NCBI GenBank assembly: GCA_964016885.1
Contig: OZ024742.1
Coordinates: forward strand, 216,566,001 to 216,630,000
Direction: 5' to 3'
DNA: 64,000 nucleotides
Origin: Eledone cirrhosa
Taxonomy: Eukaryota
Shown here: one piece after another, positions 12,815-26,635 of the stretch
How the letters are laid out: every line of letters begins with the position of its first letter
Numbering within the stretch: the stretch's first letter is position 1
Notes under the pieces: generated by a model
Database searches by the model: none
Seen by the model: only the letters and a program-made list of their open reading frames with translations
What the model was told of the DNA's origin: nothing
Translations under genes and position numbers: made by a program

Positions 12815-14564
12815 CCCATACTCCTGAACAAAGCCTTGATATTTGCCAAAAATAGATCAAACTTAACTATGGATGACATTAATATTATCACGCACGCTAG
12901 ACAAACACTACTGGAATTTCAGAAGGAATACTGGACCAGAAATACATATAGTAATCTATTCGACATTACTATGGGCTCTAGTGATTCTGCCCAAATTACC
13001 GATCTTGTGGGCCTCTTTCTTCTCTTTACCATAAATTCTTCTTTTCCCCACCTTAAAGGTGGTTTATATCGTGATGACTGTCTTCTTCTTTCCACTAACC
13101 TTAGCCTATCAGAAATGGAAGAAAATAAAAAACTTATTAGAACTTTCCTCAAAGACTATTATAATCTCACTATTACATTTGAAAACACCAGTAAAATAGT
13201 TAATTTCCTAGATATAACTTTAGACTTATCTATGGGTATCTACCAACCTTACCATAAGCCTAACCAAAACTTACATTACATACACTCACAATCCAATCAC
13301 CCTAGATCTATGCTTAAAAACCTAGCATATAATATCTCACTCAGAATTTCTAACCTTTCATCTAACCAGGATGTATTCGATAAAAATGTGCCCTTTTATA
13401 ACGAAGCTTTAGCTAGAAGCGGTCACAAAAACAAATTAGTCTATATACCTTGCACCAATAATACTTCAAACATACAACCCAATATTACCAACAAACACCA
13501 AATGAAAAAAAACACCTAAATGACACTCACACTACACCCAAAAATACCAACCTAAAACGTAATTTCTCTACCTCGTCTCACATAAAATATAATAACTTTC
13601 AATAAAAACCATTCATCCTAATACTCCAATATATGTTAATAACATTACTAATAACATTCCTAATAATCACACCTAAATCAGTTAATCTAACTAAACCTAT
13701 ATATAATAAATTCACTAATACTAACTCTCTTAGTAAACATCCTGATACATCGTATAAATATAAAAAAAACAACATCGAAACCGTAATAGACGAGTTACTT
13801 GGTATAATGCTCCATTTAATCTACAAATTAAACAAAATATCCCTAAACATTTTTTTACTATCCTACAGAAAAACTTCCCGCCAAACCATAAATACCATCA
13901 AATTTTAAATAGATCAACTGTCAAATTTTCCTACTCCACTACCAAAAATATACAACAAAATATAAGTGAGTACAACGCATGTAAATGTAAAAAGACCACG
14001 AATATACCACCAACACATAAAACCAACCATAATACAAAAATAAACCGCAACAAACCACCATCTCCTTCATATATAACAAGTCGAGTAAATTCCACACCAA
14101 ATTTGACTAACTCCCCTGATATAATATTCACGAATGGTTGTAACTGTAGAAACAAAAGAAATTGCCCATTAAAGGGAAATTGTCTTATTAATAACATAGT
14201 ATATAAATGTAAAATTAGCACTAAGGACCCAACTTATTCATATATAGGAGCTACGTCTAACCAATTTAAAGTAAGATTTACTACCCACAAACATAGTTTT
14301 AAAAATGCCGCATTAGCTAATACAACATCCTTGGCTGAAACAATTAATAATTATAGAAAAAAGAATATCGATTACAATCCTACCTGGAGTGTGCTCAAAA
14401 GGGTCACCCCTTATCAAAATAACAGATATGAGTGTAGATTATGCTGCCAGGAACTTTTTGAAATAATGAAATCTAAGGATATCCTATTAAATAAGCGACA
14501 AGAATTAATTATATCTTGAAATCATAGAATTAGAAGAACTTTCAAATATTATAAACCTAATTAA
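12815..14564 (+). pseudogene. PLE RT + GIY-YIG ORF (frameshifted)
   Basis: ORFs 12836-13519 and 14103-14519. The frame continues past TGA 14517 to TAA 14562. Confidence 0.88.
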
Positions 14565-15240
14565 TATACACCTTACACTTATATTTTACATATTATTATA
14601 ATTAGTTTTTTTAATTTAGTTAACCTATAATTAGTACTTTACTACAGAGAACTTCATAATTTTATTTCCCTTTTACAGCTCTCTTGTCCTAAAGTTAATA
14701 CCTAAAAGTATACATATAAATTAATTTTATTTCCTGTTATGAATATCGATTCCTTGTAGTATATATATGATTGGTATTTCTCACTACTACATTTATCCCA
14801 AAATTTTATTTTCCTTCGTTTTTAACAACATTCTTTAATAACATCAAATTCTTATTCATCACATCTATATGAATTAATATAAATGTATCCCTATAAGTAT
14901 ACCTATCAATTAATTTAATTTCTTGTTATAGATCTAAATTACTTGTGTATTTCTCACTAATGCCTTTACCCTAAAATTTTACTCTCCTTCGTTTTTAACA
15001 TTACTCTTTAATAACATCAAATTTTCGTGTACCCTTCAGCGGCTTGACTTCTTTTCATCCCCAAAGTATTCTTTCCATTCAAAACATAAGTCTGCTTTCC
15101 TCTACCCCTAAATTAAATTTCTACTACTACTATTCTATCAACTTGACCTCTTACTACTTTTTTATTGGTCAATTCAAAACCTGTTCCCAAACAGACATAT
15201 TATATTAAATCTTTGTTGGTTTTTTTCCATAAACAAATCT

Positions 15241-15378
15241 CATTATTTCTGAAGACAGCATATATATGTGAAGGTATGTTTCCATATTTCCTCTGATAGT
15301 TTGTAATATTTTTACATGGATCTATATGAGATACATACCAACACACATATATATCCTAGAAACGATCGTAAAAGGATG
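15241..15378 (+). ncRNA. Hammerhead ribozyme in PLE 3' pLTR
   Basis: cattattt-CTGAAGA(15249)-long stem II (atatatatgtg/cacatatatat)-GAAA-CGATCG-TA-aaaggatg. Confidence 0.7.
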
Positions 15379-15485
15379 AATTTTTTTATATAAGGAACTT
15401 GGCCTTTGTTTTTATTCATTGTTTTTATTAATTTATATATATATTTATATATATATATGTATATTTATGTATATGTATATATATA

Positions 15486-15561
<76 letters not shown>

Positions 15562-15579
15562 TATAATTATGTATATGTG

Positions 15580-15630
<51 letters not shown>

Positions 15631-15668
15631 ATATTTACATATATATATACATATACATATATATATGT

Positions 15669-15811
<143 letters not shown>

Positions 15812-15906
15812 TGTGTGAGTGAGTGTGTGCCTAGTGTAAATACACCACAGATATGTTTTCAAACATATATGAAAAACACAACTAGGTTTTACTTGTGATG
15901 TTTCTG

Positions 15907-15954
<48 letters not shown>

Positions 15955-16028
15955 TGTACATATACATGATTTTATAAACATTTTATAAACACACATATAT
16001 ACATATATAAATACATATATACATTTAT

Positions 16029-16144
16029 TATAGGAATGGCTTCTAAAGGACTGGAACTGTTTCATTCCTAAACAAATCATCACGAATGCCTCGATGATTT
16101 CTTCCGAATGAAACAGTTCTAGTCCTGTAGAATCCATTCCTATA
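16029..16144. mobile_element. Palindromic HHR element (family of 27629)
   Basis: Imperfect inverted arms carrying GATGA-tttct..gaat-GAAA-cagttcta-GTC-ctgtag. Confidence 0.7.
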
Positions 16145-16150
16145 ATAAAT

Positions 16151-16184
<34 letters not shown>

Positions 16185-16294
16185 CCCACACGCGCGCGTG
16201 TGTATGTGTGTGTGTATCAAATTAAATGTAGTTAAGACGGCATTACTTGACACCATAATTGCTTTATTGCATGAAATATATTCCTGTTACTTCA

Positions 16295-16610
16295 GCGATA
16301 ACCATTTTTTTTTTAGTTATTTGAATATGGTAAAACAGGCCATTAATCGCTCGTATACTGACTGGCCAGTCTGCTAATATGTAAATTTTAGCAAATATCA
16401 TGTATCTTCACTAGCTCTGACAGTTGGCAGGTGAACAGTATACTGTACTGATGAAGGGTGATACCCAGAAACATTAGTGTCTGCAGTTTTGTTTACATGC
16501 CAACACAAGAGCAAGAATAACGGCGTCATTCTACTGACATGGCATAAAAGAGGCTTGTTTGCATAATTGCAAATGAATCAAATATTATTATTAATATTCG
16601 AAAAATTCAA
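16295..16610 (+). mobile_element. Copy of the 442-bp HHR (retrozyme-like) family
   Basis: Homologous to 55979-56810 and 41590-42068. Confidence 0.85.
16442..16487 (+). ncRNA. Type I hammerhead ribozyme
   Basis: actgta-CTGATGA-aGGGTgatACCCa-GAAA-cattagtg-TC-tgcagt. Confidence 0.8.
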
Positions 16611-16618
16611 ATATATGC

Positions 16619-16651
<33 letters not shown>

Positions 16652-16658
16652 AATATAC

Positions 16659-16792
<134 letters not shown>

Positions 16793-16970
16793 ATTCAAAT
16801 ACCCCAGAATTTAGTATTTGTAAAAGTTTTTATGGTAATTAAAGAGACAAATTTTTGAGAAATATTTTTTTATTATATTGAAAATAAGACTAATGTGAAG
16901 TGCTTATGGCCAACGAACATTACCTTTTTTCTTTCCTTACAAATCCATGTATTCTCATATATACGGGTAT

Positions 16971-17004
<34 letters not shown>

Positions 17005-17226
17005 ACAATTAAGTTAAAAGTGTACATCCACATATGTATACTGAAATACTAGTATGCATATAAATACACACGCGTATACATATGTACATGTACCGAGTTT
17101 TTCACTGGACACTTTACTGTGAGTGTCTAGCTAGTCTGTATGTAACCAAACAGACAAACCGGGTTTTAGAGTCATACGGGTTTTCAAGGAAACACCTTTC
17201 CTCTATTCTCCAGAGAGCCAGACAGT

Positions 17227-17271
17227 AATATTGGACTAGTTTCGATGTTATTACATCTCATCAGCAATAAT
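17227..17271 (-). ncRNA. Type I hammerhead ribozyme (inverted arm)
   Basis: Reverse complement of 17679-17723 with one stem I change. Confidence 0.85.
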
Positions 17272-17678
17272 AACCCATCTTCCGGCTTCTCTAGAGAATC
17301 GTAAAAGCACATATCGTTATATGCTTTTTCTATGAAAATTAGTAGTGGGCAGACTAATTTGCATAGAACGTGAGTTGTACGCACCGGTTCAGCGGAAACG
17401 ATAAAAACAAATAACGATTTATATGCATACTAGTATTTCAGTATACATATGTGGATGTACACTTTTAACTTAATTGTTTAAGCGTCAGTCATACAAAAGT
17501 GAGTTACAAACGAAACGAAATTTAATTTCGTTTCGTTATTTGTTTTTATCGTTTCCGCTGAACCGGTGCGTATAACTCACGTTCTATGCAAATTAGTCTG
17601 CCCACTACTAATTTTCATAGAAAAAGCATATAACGATATGTGCTTTTACGATTCTCTAGAGAAGCCGGAAGATGGGTT

Positions 17679-17723
17679 AATATTGCTGATGAGATGTAAT
17701 AACATCGAAACTAGTCCAATATT
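17679..17723 (+). ncRNA. Canonical minimal type I hammerhead ribozyme
   Basis: AATATTG-CTGATGA-GATGT-aata-ACATC-GAAA-CTAG-TC-CAATATT, all core positions intact, GUC site. Confidence 0.92.
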
Positions 17724-18061
17724 CCTGTCTGGCTCTCTGGAGAATAGAGGAAAGGTGTTTCCTTGAAAACCCGTATGACTCTAAAACCCGGTTTGTCTGT
17801 TTGGTTACATACAGACTAGCTAGACACTCACAGTAAAGTGTCCAGTGAAAAACTCGGTACATGTACATATGTATACGCGTGTGTATTTATATGCATACTA
17901 GTATTTCAGTATACATATGTGGATGTACACTTTTAACTTAATTGTTTAAGCGTCAGTCATACAAAAGTGAGTTACAAACGAAACGAAATTTAATTTCGTT
18001 TCGTTATTTGTTTTTATATGTATATATATATATATATATATATGAGTGTGTGTGTGAGAGA

Positions 18062-18139
<78 letters not shown>

Positions 18140-18645
18140 GAGAGAGAGCGTATTGATGAATCTGTGGGCGCTTGCAGACACGTCTATGCGGGGGCATACT
18201 TATATAAATAAATGTATATGTATGTACATTTATATATATCAGAAAGCACACCCTTTTGCTCACAAAATATATTTAATATTTCGAGGAGTCAATGAAAAAG
18301 ACAATTTTGTCAATCATGCTTCAAGCGTTTTGTACGTCTTTATCAGAATAACGTGTATCATATATGTTACATATATGTCGATTTATGTTTCCATGTTTGC
18401 ATGTCTAGCAAAATAATATTAGTTCCCAGACAATACAACAATTCGATATATTTCATGTAATATATCGAATTGTTGTATTGTCTGGAAATAATAGCTTCTA
18501 GATTTGTTGCGTATTTGCTCGCATTTTCTTATTTACGAATCTCACCACATCATTCAGTCAATACCTGCCTATATCTCTCTACCATTTTACGGTCTCATCT
18601 TCTCTATATATCTACATATATACATATGTACGTATATACACACAC

Positions 18646-18691
<46 letters not shown>

Positions 18692-18786
18692 ATATATGTG
18701 TGTGTGTGTGTTTATATGCGTGTATTTGTATCTTAGTGTGCATTAATTGTTTGGAAAGTTTTATTTTAACATATTTTATTCGTAAT

Positions 18787-18870
18787 CACGCGTAACACGT
18801 GTTTCGCAAATCACCAGGTCGGGGCTTTAATTGATTACAATTAATTGCCTCTGAGGTTATCAGACATATA
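18787..18870 (-). ncRNA. Decayed hammerhead motif
   Basis: Minus tatatgt-CTGATAA-...-GAAA-CACGTG-TT-acgcgtg, then AATAAA. Confidence 0.5.
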
Positions 18871-19206
18871 TATACAATTATTAATAGGTATAGTAATTAA
18901 GATTTAAAAAACACCTCAAAATAGTTCTTTTTTCTAACTGCAGTTTCATAATTAAAACTAGCCTAAATATTCCAATAATTTAGCATATAAGGCTATGAGT
19001 ATGGGACCAATCGGGAAATCCCTTTATACCCAAAGAAATTAAGGGTGTCTATCACCACGGATGTTTATTAATTTTTTTTTTTTTTTTACCATCTCGTGGT
19101 ATCTAGTTCACATGGACTGTTGGCAAGTAAACGGTGTTGCTCGCAATAGCACTTCGTATTACACTTTTTCACTCGACCGTGTAAGTAGTATAGACAAAAT
19201 AATTGC

Positions 19207-19252
<46 letters not shown>

Positions 19253-19504
19253 GTAAGTAAGTATATAGATACGTGTAAAGCGTCCATGAATTACAATGTT
19301 TGCCCATTCAATGAATTAACTAAATAGTTAAGTAATTAGACAGAGCATTGTAAAACTATTAATGGGTAAAGTAATAGATATAGTGTAACTTCCGGATTCC
19401 CAGAAACCTATCGAATTTATTTATCGATTAGTATCTATCGATCAGGATCAGGTTCATCTTTAAGCTGTCTGTATTTTTCGTTGTTGTAGTATTAATGTGG
19501 CAAC

Positions 19505-19705
19505 ATGCACCTGGTTGTATTATTCATTGTGTCACTATTACCTAACGGGCGAAGGATGCAAGACCACCCGCTTTGTCCGTTCCCTTGTCGATTCAATTTT
19601 GATTGCCTCGGGAACGTAACCTTATTTTGTAAGAAGCTGTCTGATGATGTCACGGCACTGGGTACACGGAATCGTGTGACCACTGCCGTTATTGAATTAC
19701 AGTAG
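19505..19705 (+). CDS. Possible host exon/ORF (hydrophobic N-terminus, Cys-rich), unverified
   Basis: Pyrimidine-rich acceptor at ~19489, MHLVVLFIVSLL...CPFPCRFNFDC, apparently unique sequence. Confidence 0.15.
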   Translation: MHLVVLFIVSLLPNGRRMQDHPLCPFPCRFNFDCLGNVTLFCKKLSDDVTALGTRNRVTTAVIELQ

Positions 19706-19778
19706 CACAGCATTATCATTAAAGGACTTTAACATCTGAAACTACGTCGCATTTTCTTATTCTATATATATGTGTGTG

Positions 19779-19948
19779 TGTAATCTGAGTTTTTCGAATA
19801 TTAATAATAATATTCGATTCGTTTGCAATTATGCAAACAGCCTCTTGATTGCTAATGGAAATATATGCTCTGATAGCTCTGACAGTTGGCAGGTAAGCAG
19901 TATTCGGTTCTGATGATGGGTAATCAGCTACAAACATTAGTTGTCTGA
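19779..19948. mobile_element. Rearranged remnant of the 442-bp HHR family
   Basis: 19779-19845 matches the family in minus. 19875-19948 matches in plus, with decayed CTGATGA...AAACATTAGTTGTC. Confidence 0.7.
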
Positions 19949-22900
19949 AACAGATATTGTTATACCTTGGGAGGGTCATGCTGCCAATAAAAACACACAC
20001 TGTCGGTACTTAGTTTGCGCATGCTTAAATCCCTGTCTGTGAATGTGTGTTTATTTATTTATTTATGTGTTTATTCATTTATTCATTTGTCACTAGTTGG
20101 TTGTTTGTTCTATCTGTGTGTGTCTGATAGAATGTTTACCTGAGATAGAAAATACTATTTACAAACATAAGATGGAGACTAAAACACAACAACAAAAATT
20201 ACATCAACAATAACAACAACAACAACACACACACACAGCAACACCAACACCAACACACAACAACACACACACATACTATTTTTCCTAACACAATACACAT
20301 CCCCAAAACAACAGACACACAAACATAGAAAATAGGTTAGAAAATGACAGTGACACAGAGGTAAGGGACAGTAAAAACAATGAAAGAGGTAGAGAAAAGA
20401 ATGACAAATACAGGGGAGATAACCAGGACGAAGACACAAACACAGAAAATAGAATAGAAAATAACAGTGACACAGAGGGAAGGGACAGGAGAAACAATGA
20501 GAGACATAGGAGTAACCATGAAGCTATTGGTGGAAGTAGAGACAACACAATTGAAAATAACAGTATAATAAACAATACACCCTGCAATTCCACCTTCTAT
20601 GACCATCTGATAAGTCCTTCGACTCGCAACGCCTTTAACCTACGACGTTCTTGTTTACCAAACGATCGTATTTACCGTCACAAGCTGATGACCAAACGGA
20701 GGCACAATTCATAATAGTCAGAACTAAACTTTAAAAGATTCTACAACAGCATAGCAAGAAACAGAATCGAATGGAGGCCCAGCAACTGTGGAAAAAATCC
20801 GCAAATGGCTTGCGTAAGCTCGTGCAGCGCTCACAGAATTGAGAGATTGTGGGCTTTCCAACAGACAAGTCTGGCAGAATGTCAGTTGAGACCCTGCCAA
20901 ACAACATCCCGGCAATGCAACCCCACATCATCAACACAAGAGAGGTACCGCCACAAGAGCGTGAGGAAATGGAAAAAACCCTCAACTTTCGTATGATGAT
21001 GTGGACTAACATAATGCATCCTAATAAATGAACTGCCAACAACTACCAGGCCTGGAACAACGAGGTACCAACGTTGTATGGGCTTCGCAAAGACCACATG
21101 GCAAATAGCGACCCAGTCACAGGACCATCAACACGGTCAGTCTGTGGAGCTAACATTGCTAGCAACTACAGACTCTTCTACTTCCTCTCCCTGATTATAC
21201 GCCCTATCATCGAAATGTCCGCAGATATATGCGACAGCACGGAAGACCTCATCAGCAGAATCAGCGAATGCAATCTGTCCAGGGATCTAACAGGCTCTAC
21301 AATACCTATCCAGCGACGTTGATTTTACTGTGGAAAAATACGTAGAAATGATCAGCGAGAGCCATGTGGAATTCCCTGGGATTGATACCAGTGAGCGGGG
21401 ACTCCTAGATAAACTCACACATTACCTCAGCAGCCTCTGCCCCACGAGGCCAGAAAGAAACAGACAATCTACCATTACCTCAATGGCCAAGAAGACCCAC
21501 ACATAAAGATGGAGCTGGTGGACCAGAGCCATACCGACCCCCGAAAACCATGACGAATTAAAGAAAATGATCACACATGTGGTGGGGGCCAGTATAAAAC
21601 TAAACCTTAAGGAATATATGTTCAAGTTTAATGGCAGAACAAATGCACAAGAGGAGCGGCAGCCACTGACGTTAGCATTGCAGGTGACATAGCTAACCTC
21701 TTTAAGGTATAAAGGGGCAGAAGGTTTAAGGAACAAGGTTTAGACGACAACTTTATAACCCTGACTATGTATTCCCGCTACGTAGATGACAGAAACATTG
21801 TATTAAAAACACTCCCACAGGTGAGCAGTCAGGAATTAGAGAAGAATACCATGGAAAGCATCCAGCAAATAGCTAACTCCTTCCAGCAGAAATATAAAGA
21901 TTATAGAAAATGATGCAATTGGGACTTGCCCCATGTATAGGAGTAAATTTTGGAACAGAATAGAAAGGATTAGGAATAAGGCTAATAAAATCAAAACATG
22001 GTATGATAGCAATAAATGCCAGAGTGTAATGTTCGTCAATACAACCCCTAGAGATGAACCAGCTTACTGATTTAGAAGGGCCCTAGGAAACCTCAAATTA
22101 AATATTAAGATAGTTGAAAGACCAGGTATTCCCATAAAAACCCTAATTAGTAAGACATACCCATTTTAAAGAGCCCCTCTCCTGATAGGAAATGCATAGT
22201 CTACAACTAAGCCTGCAAACTAACTGCAAAACTAGGAACGTATTATATATCATAAGATGTACTGAGGGACAGTGTAGGAATAAGAACATAACATACATAG
22301 GTGAAACAGCCCGTAACATAGGAGAAAGGGTAGGTGAACACTGGTGAGAACTCCAGGATGGGAAAATCTCATCAGTACTACATCAACATGCCAAAATAGA
22401 ACATAGGGGCACATTAAAAAACATAGAGATAAAAATTATATCCACTCCCAGAAAAGATGCAATGCTCAGACAAATCACAGAGGCAACAAACATAAAAGAA
22501 CTCCAACCGAAATTAAACAGAAAACATGAGTGGAATAGCAACATCACAACTAGTAATTAAGTATAAAATGAAGACATACAGACACACACACAAAATGAAG
22601 ACATACACACACAAAAACCAAATAAAACAAATCAAACACACACAGATAGAACAAACAACCAACTAGTGACAAAGAAATAAACAAAAATAAATAAATAAAA
22701 ACACATACACACACCCGGATGTTACGCATGCTCAAACTAGGCACACAACACACAATACACAAAAACAAGATGGTGTAGGACAGAACAAAGAAGAGACACA
22801 AAATAAAAATCTAGTCACTGAGGAGGTCACAGAATGTTTGATGAAAGAGCTTTGACAATATATAAACAACCATCCGGTTATGGAACCAACTAACTGACCC

Positions 22901-22973
22901 GAAATTTATAATAAATTGAAGTAAAAACAACAGGGGCGTGTGTTTTTATTGGTAGCATGACCCTCCCTAAGAA

Positions 22974-22978
<5 letters not shown>
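19946..22978 (+). mobile_element. Penelope-like element (Neptune/Nematis-like, C-terminal GIY-YIG) with inverted pLTR
   Basis: PTLYGLRKDH, YSRYVDD (~21770), CKTRNVIY..YIGETAR..ER..EH, MLRQITEA. 19946-20125 is an inverted copy of the 3' end. Heavily degenerate. Confidence 0.85.
22814..22856 (+). ncRNA. Hammerhead motif in PLE pLTR
   Basis: gtca-CTGAGGA-ggtca..tgat-GAAA-gagc-TT-tgac, with homologues at 50267 and 59453. Confidence 0.65.
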
Positions 22979-23040
<62 letters not shown>

Positions 23041-23984
23041 CACATCGTAATGTTTGTCTCTATTTATTTCCTTCCACCACATCTCTTTTATCTCTTATAG
23101 CTATCATCTATAGTCCTCTAACAACACACTGCCGAATTAATGGAGTTTTCTGTATTACTTCTTCTCTCCTTCATTCTATATATTACCTTTGCTCTCATTT
23201 AAAACCACGTTTGTATCATTTCTTACTGGATAATTTCAGCTTCTCATTATTTCAGTTCAACTCAGGTTATGACCTACTTTGTGGTAGATTTGATACCTCA
23301 CGCGGTTTCACACATCGACATAACTTTTGGTGCGATAAAAGTAAATATCATAATATTAGTAAGAGGGTTTTTTTTTCCTTTGCTCAAATACTCCCCCACT
23401 AAAAAAATATTGGTTTGCATTTAAGAGATTCTGTCCTGAAAAATTAACCAGAATGAATTATTTTCTGCTAGGAATGCAATGATTCAAATGGGCAATGCGG
23501 ATTGAAAGAAAGCTTACTCCATTGGATTCTGAAATTATCGTCTTTCAACATCTGCAATTTCATAAATACTTCATGTTATTTTATTGTTTCTCAGAACAAT
23601 AACCTTAAGAATAGATTTAGAACCTTTCTTCCTAACGATTACTATGACTTTCTTTGCAGTTACTATAATAATACCCCTAATTGTATGACATTCTCCTTTC
23701 GTTATGTTGAAGATTACATTGTAAGAGACCCTTATTTCCACTTCAAATACTCCCGCTTCAAATATATATGTTTTACTTATCTGATTGCATAATCTCGAGG
23801 TTTTCTTTCATATTTACGTGCTTTCTTGCTATATTTTCAAATGCTGTTTCACATAACAAACATATAGGTTTTATCGCATTTTTCCGTGTCAAAAATACGA
23901 TGCTTCACATTTTCGTTTCACAGAAATGTTTTAACACCAAAATATCAAAATATGGAGTAAATTGCAAACTTTTTCTTGTTTTAC

Positions 23985-24095
23985 TTACATTGAGTTCAAA
24001 TCCCGCCGATGTTAATTTGCCTTGCACCAGTAATGCACTAGGGTAATTGTTGGCCTTGTGCCAAAAATTAGAAACAATTATTATCATTATTATTA
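23985..24095 (+). mobile_element. SINE fragment (Meta-like family, internally deleted)
   Basis: GAGTTCAAATCCCGCCGA...TGGCCTTGTGCCAAAA-(ATT)n. Confidence 0.75.
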
Positions 24096-24139
24096 ATAGT
24101 AGTAGTAGTTTGCTACACCACACAACATGCATATATATA

Positions 24140-24249
<110 letters not shown>

Positions 24250-24484
24250 TACGTGTGTGTGTGCGTGTTTTACTTGCTTGATTCATTTCACATTTCTGAT
24301 TACTAATTTCTCCTATTTCTATTTACAATTCATTTTAGAGTCGACAATAAACTGGCTGAATGCCCAAAGTGACAGAAAGACCAACAGGGTTTCATATGAG
24401 ATATCGCCATGAGATGGACGGGATTTCAAAATCTATTTGCTTAAGATTTGAATTCTTGCAGGGTTTGTGACATCAAAACACACT

Positions 24485-24560
24485 ATGGTAACAATGCAGG
24501 ATTTCGTGCGATTCTGTGTGGCTGTCACTTTAATCCATGCACTTCTTGTTTGTGCATTAG
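24485..24560 (+). CDS. Candidate signal-peptide exon of a host secreted/membrane protein
   Basis: MVTMQDFVRFCVAVTLIHALLVCAL-G followed by a phase-1 donor AG|GTATGT. Upstream acceptor-like TTCTTGCAG at 24461. Confidence 0.35.
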
Positions 24561-25900
24561 GTATGTACATTACTACACTTTGATGACTAAAATGTTATAT
24601 CTTTTATGTTGTAAACCCATTTGTTAATATCTATAGTGTATATGTTTTATATCATTAGTTGTTTGGTGACATCAAGTTACTAAAATTAATTGTGATGATG
24701 ACAATAGTGTTTTCGCAATAGGCCTGATACGCACTAATCATACCGCCATATAAAGAGACTAGTGAAAATATTTAGCGTCAAAAGACACTCATTAATTTAC
24801 CCACTATATTTCCAATTTTCACGAAAACCTACTGTGGGCCCTTGTTGAATGTGATTAAACCATTTGATGTGTGGACAGACATCGTTGAGTGTCTAAGATA
24901 TTCAATTTGTAATCATGAGGTATCAGTTTCCATCCTATTGCGCAGCATGTTTTTCTACATTTGGCTCGGCTAACTTACATCATGTGAGTGAAATTGAGTT
25001 GATGGCGATGGTTTGGAAGCTTATCAGAAGCTCATCAGTATTGTCACATATTACTGCACATTGATCCTGCGGGGGAATTACATTACCGGTACACGTGATC
25101 GTCGAATCGTTCAGCCATTTGTCAATTTTTTTTTTTTTCGAATATTAGAGAGGTCAGTTGATTGTTCAACTGGAAACCTCGCCATCAAAACTACAGATCA
25201 ATTTACTTTAGTTTACGTTGCTTTACTTTACTTTCCGTAGTGTGTCTAAATATATCAAATATTTATTTCAAACGTGGTAAAAATGTATGAAAGTGCCATA
25301 GACATAAACTCCTGGCTATTTCAATTATACCGATCAATAAAGACGTGTAATATATCATACTATGTATTTCTTCATATTCTGGCATAAAGAAAAATATTGT
25401 TTTAACCTCAAAGGTCTAAGGGGGTGGGCTGGAGTTAAACTGCATATGTTATAGCCACAAATGTGACACAAAACATTACTAACATCCATTCTGAAAATAG
25501 GTGCTTCTGATAGTTATAAATCTCCACTATTTCATATATTTTTCCCTTCGGTATAATTGGCGTATATTTTTCTATGACTGCAAAAAAAAAAAAAAAAAGA
25601 GAGAAAATACACGTTATGTAGAAAAACCCGAATGCAATATGATATATAGATTCTTTTAACTTATGAAATGATATTGTTTTGTTTAATGCTATTGAAAAGA
25701 AATAAATTTTCCGTCAGAGATTCATAAGAAAAATTGTCTCCCTATGACAAAAAATATAAAAACAATGATCTGCTCTGGTGCTAAAAGTATAATCTTTGAA
25801 CAGTAGAGCACAGTTTCATACAAACAAATCAATCGCAAAGATTACACACAGACATACAGATATAACAAGCATACAAGCCCACATACACATCTAAATCTAC

Positions 25901-25956
<56 letters not shown>

Positions 25957-26190
25957 CTCTCTCTATATATATATAGCCGGTATCAAACAAGGTAATCAAT
26001 ACGTTAGTAGAGTATAGGTACATTAATTTTGTAACAGAAATAAATTCTACAAGATTAGAACTGTTTCATTCGTAAGAAAAATGGACGTGCTAGTTTATAT
26101 ATAATTAGCGCCCTTGTTGCTAATTAATATATATATATATATATATATATATTTCGTTTCTGAATTGGCAACATGTCCCTCCCAAAGTAT

Positions 26191-26251
<61 letters not shown>

Positions 26252-26258
<7 letters not shown>

Positions 26259-26587
26259 AAAAAGAGATGAAATCGAAAATGCAACTGAAGTCTTATTTTT
26301 AAAAAAAATATATATATTTATTTGGTTCCTTTACCGGTTTCGCAGTTCTTCTGCTTTTCAAAAGGTGAGTTGAGATGGAGGGTCTGTGGAAAAACCACAG
26401 ACTCTCCATCTCAACTCACATTTTGAAAAGCAGAAGAACTGCGAAACCGGTAAAGGAACCAAATAAATATATATATTTTTTTTAAAAATAAGACTTCAGT
26501 TGCATTTTCGATTTCATCTCTTTTTCTTTATACTTCCACTCGTGTAGGACACCTCGGTTATTTTTCATTTTGTAAAAAAAACCTCAC

Positions 26588-26593
<6 letters not shown>
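26252..26593 (+). mobile_element. Fold-back HHR element with U3-A8 core variant
   Basis: Palindrome 26252-26532 (centre ~26392) plus unique 3' tail. HHRs at 26328-26365(-) and 26419-26456(+). Confidence 0.88.

Positions 26594-26635
<42 letters not shown>

Larger units (their letters stand above)
12812..15425 (+). mobile_element. Penelope-like element (Hydra-clade-like), 5'-truncated
   Basis: RT FDITMGSSDSAQ, GLYRDD, VNFLDIT, SNHP. Linker CNCRNKRNCPLKGNCL. GIY-YIG NIVY..YIGAT..FKVR. (AT)n flanks. Confidence 0.92.
17002..18017 (+). mobile_element. Young non-coding HHR element: 468-bp unit x1.3 in tandem plus inverted copy (retrozyme / non-autonomous PLE)
   Basis: 17418 repeats at 17886. 17002-17417 is the reverse complement of ~17533-17948 with few mismatches. 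(AT)n flanks. Confidence 0.9.

Noticed and set aside
17184-17766. Two near-identical 66-aa ORFs on opposite strands
   Set aside because: By-product of the inverted repeat, with GTG starts and no protein features. The region is better explained as structured RNA with an HHR.
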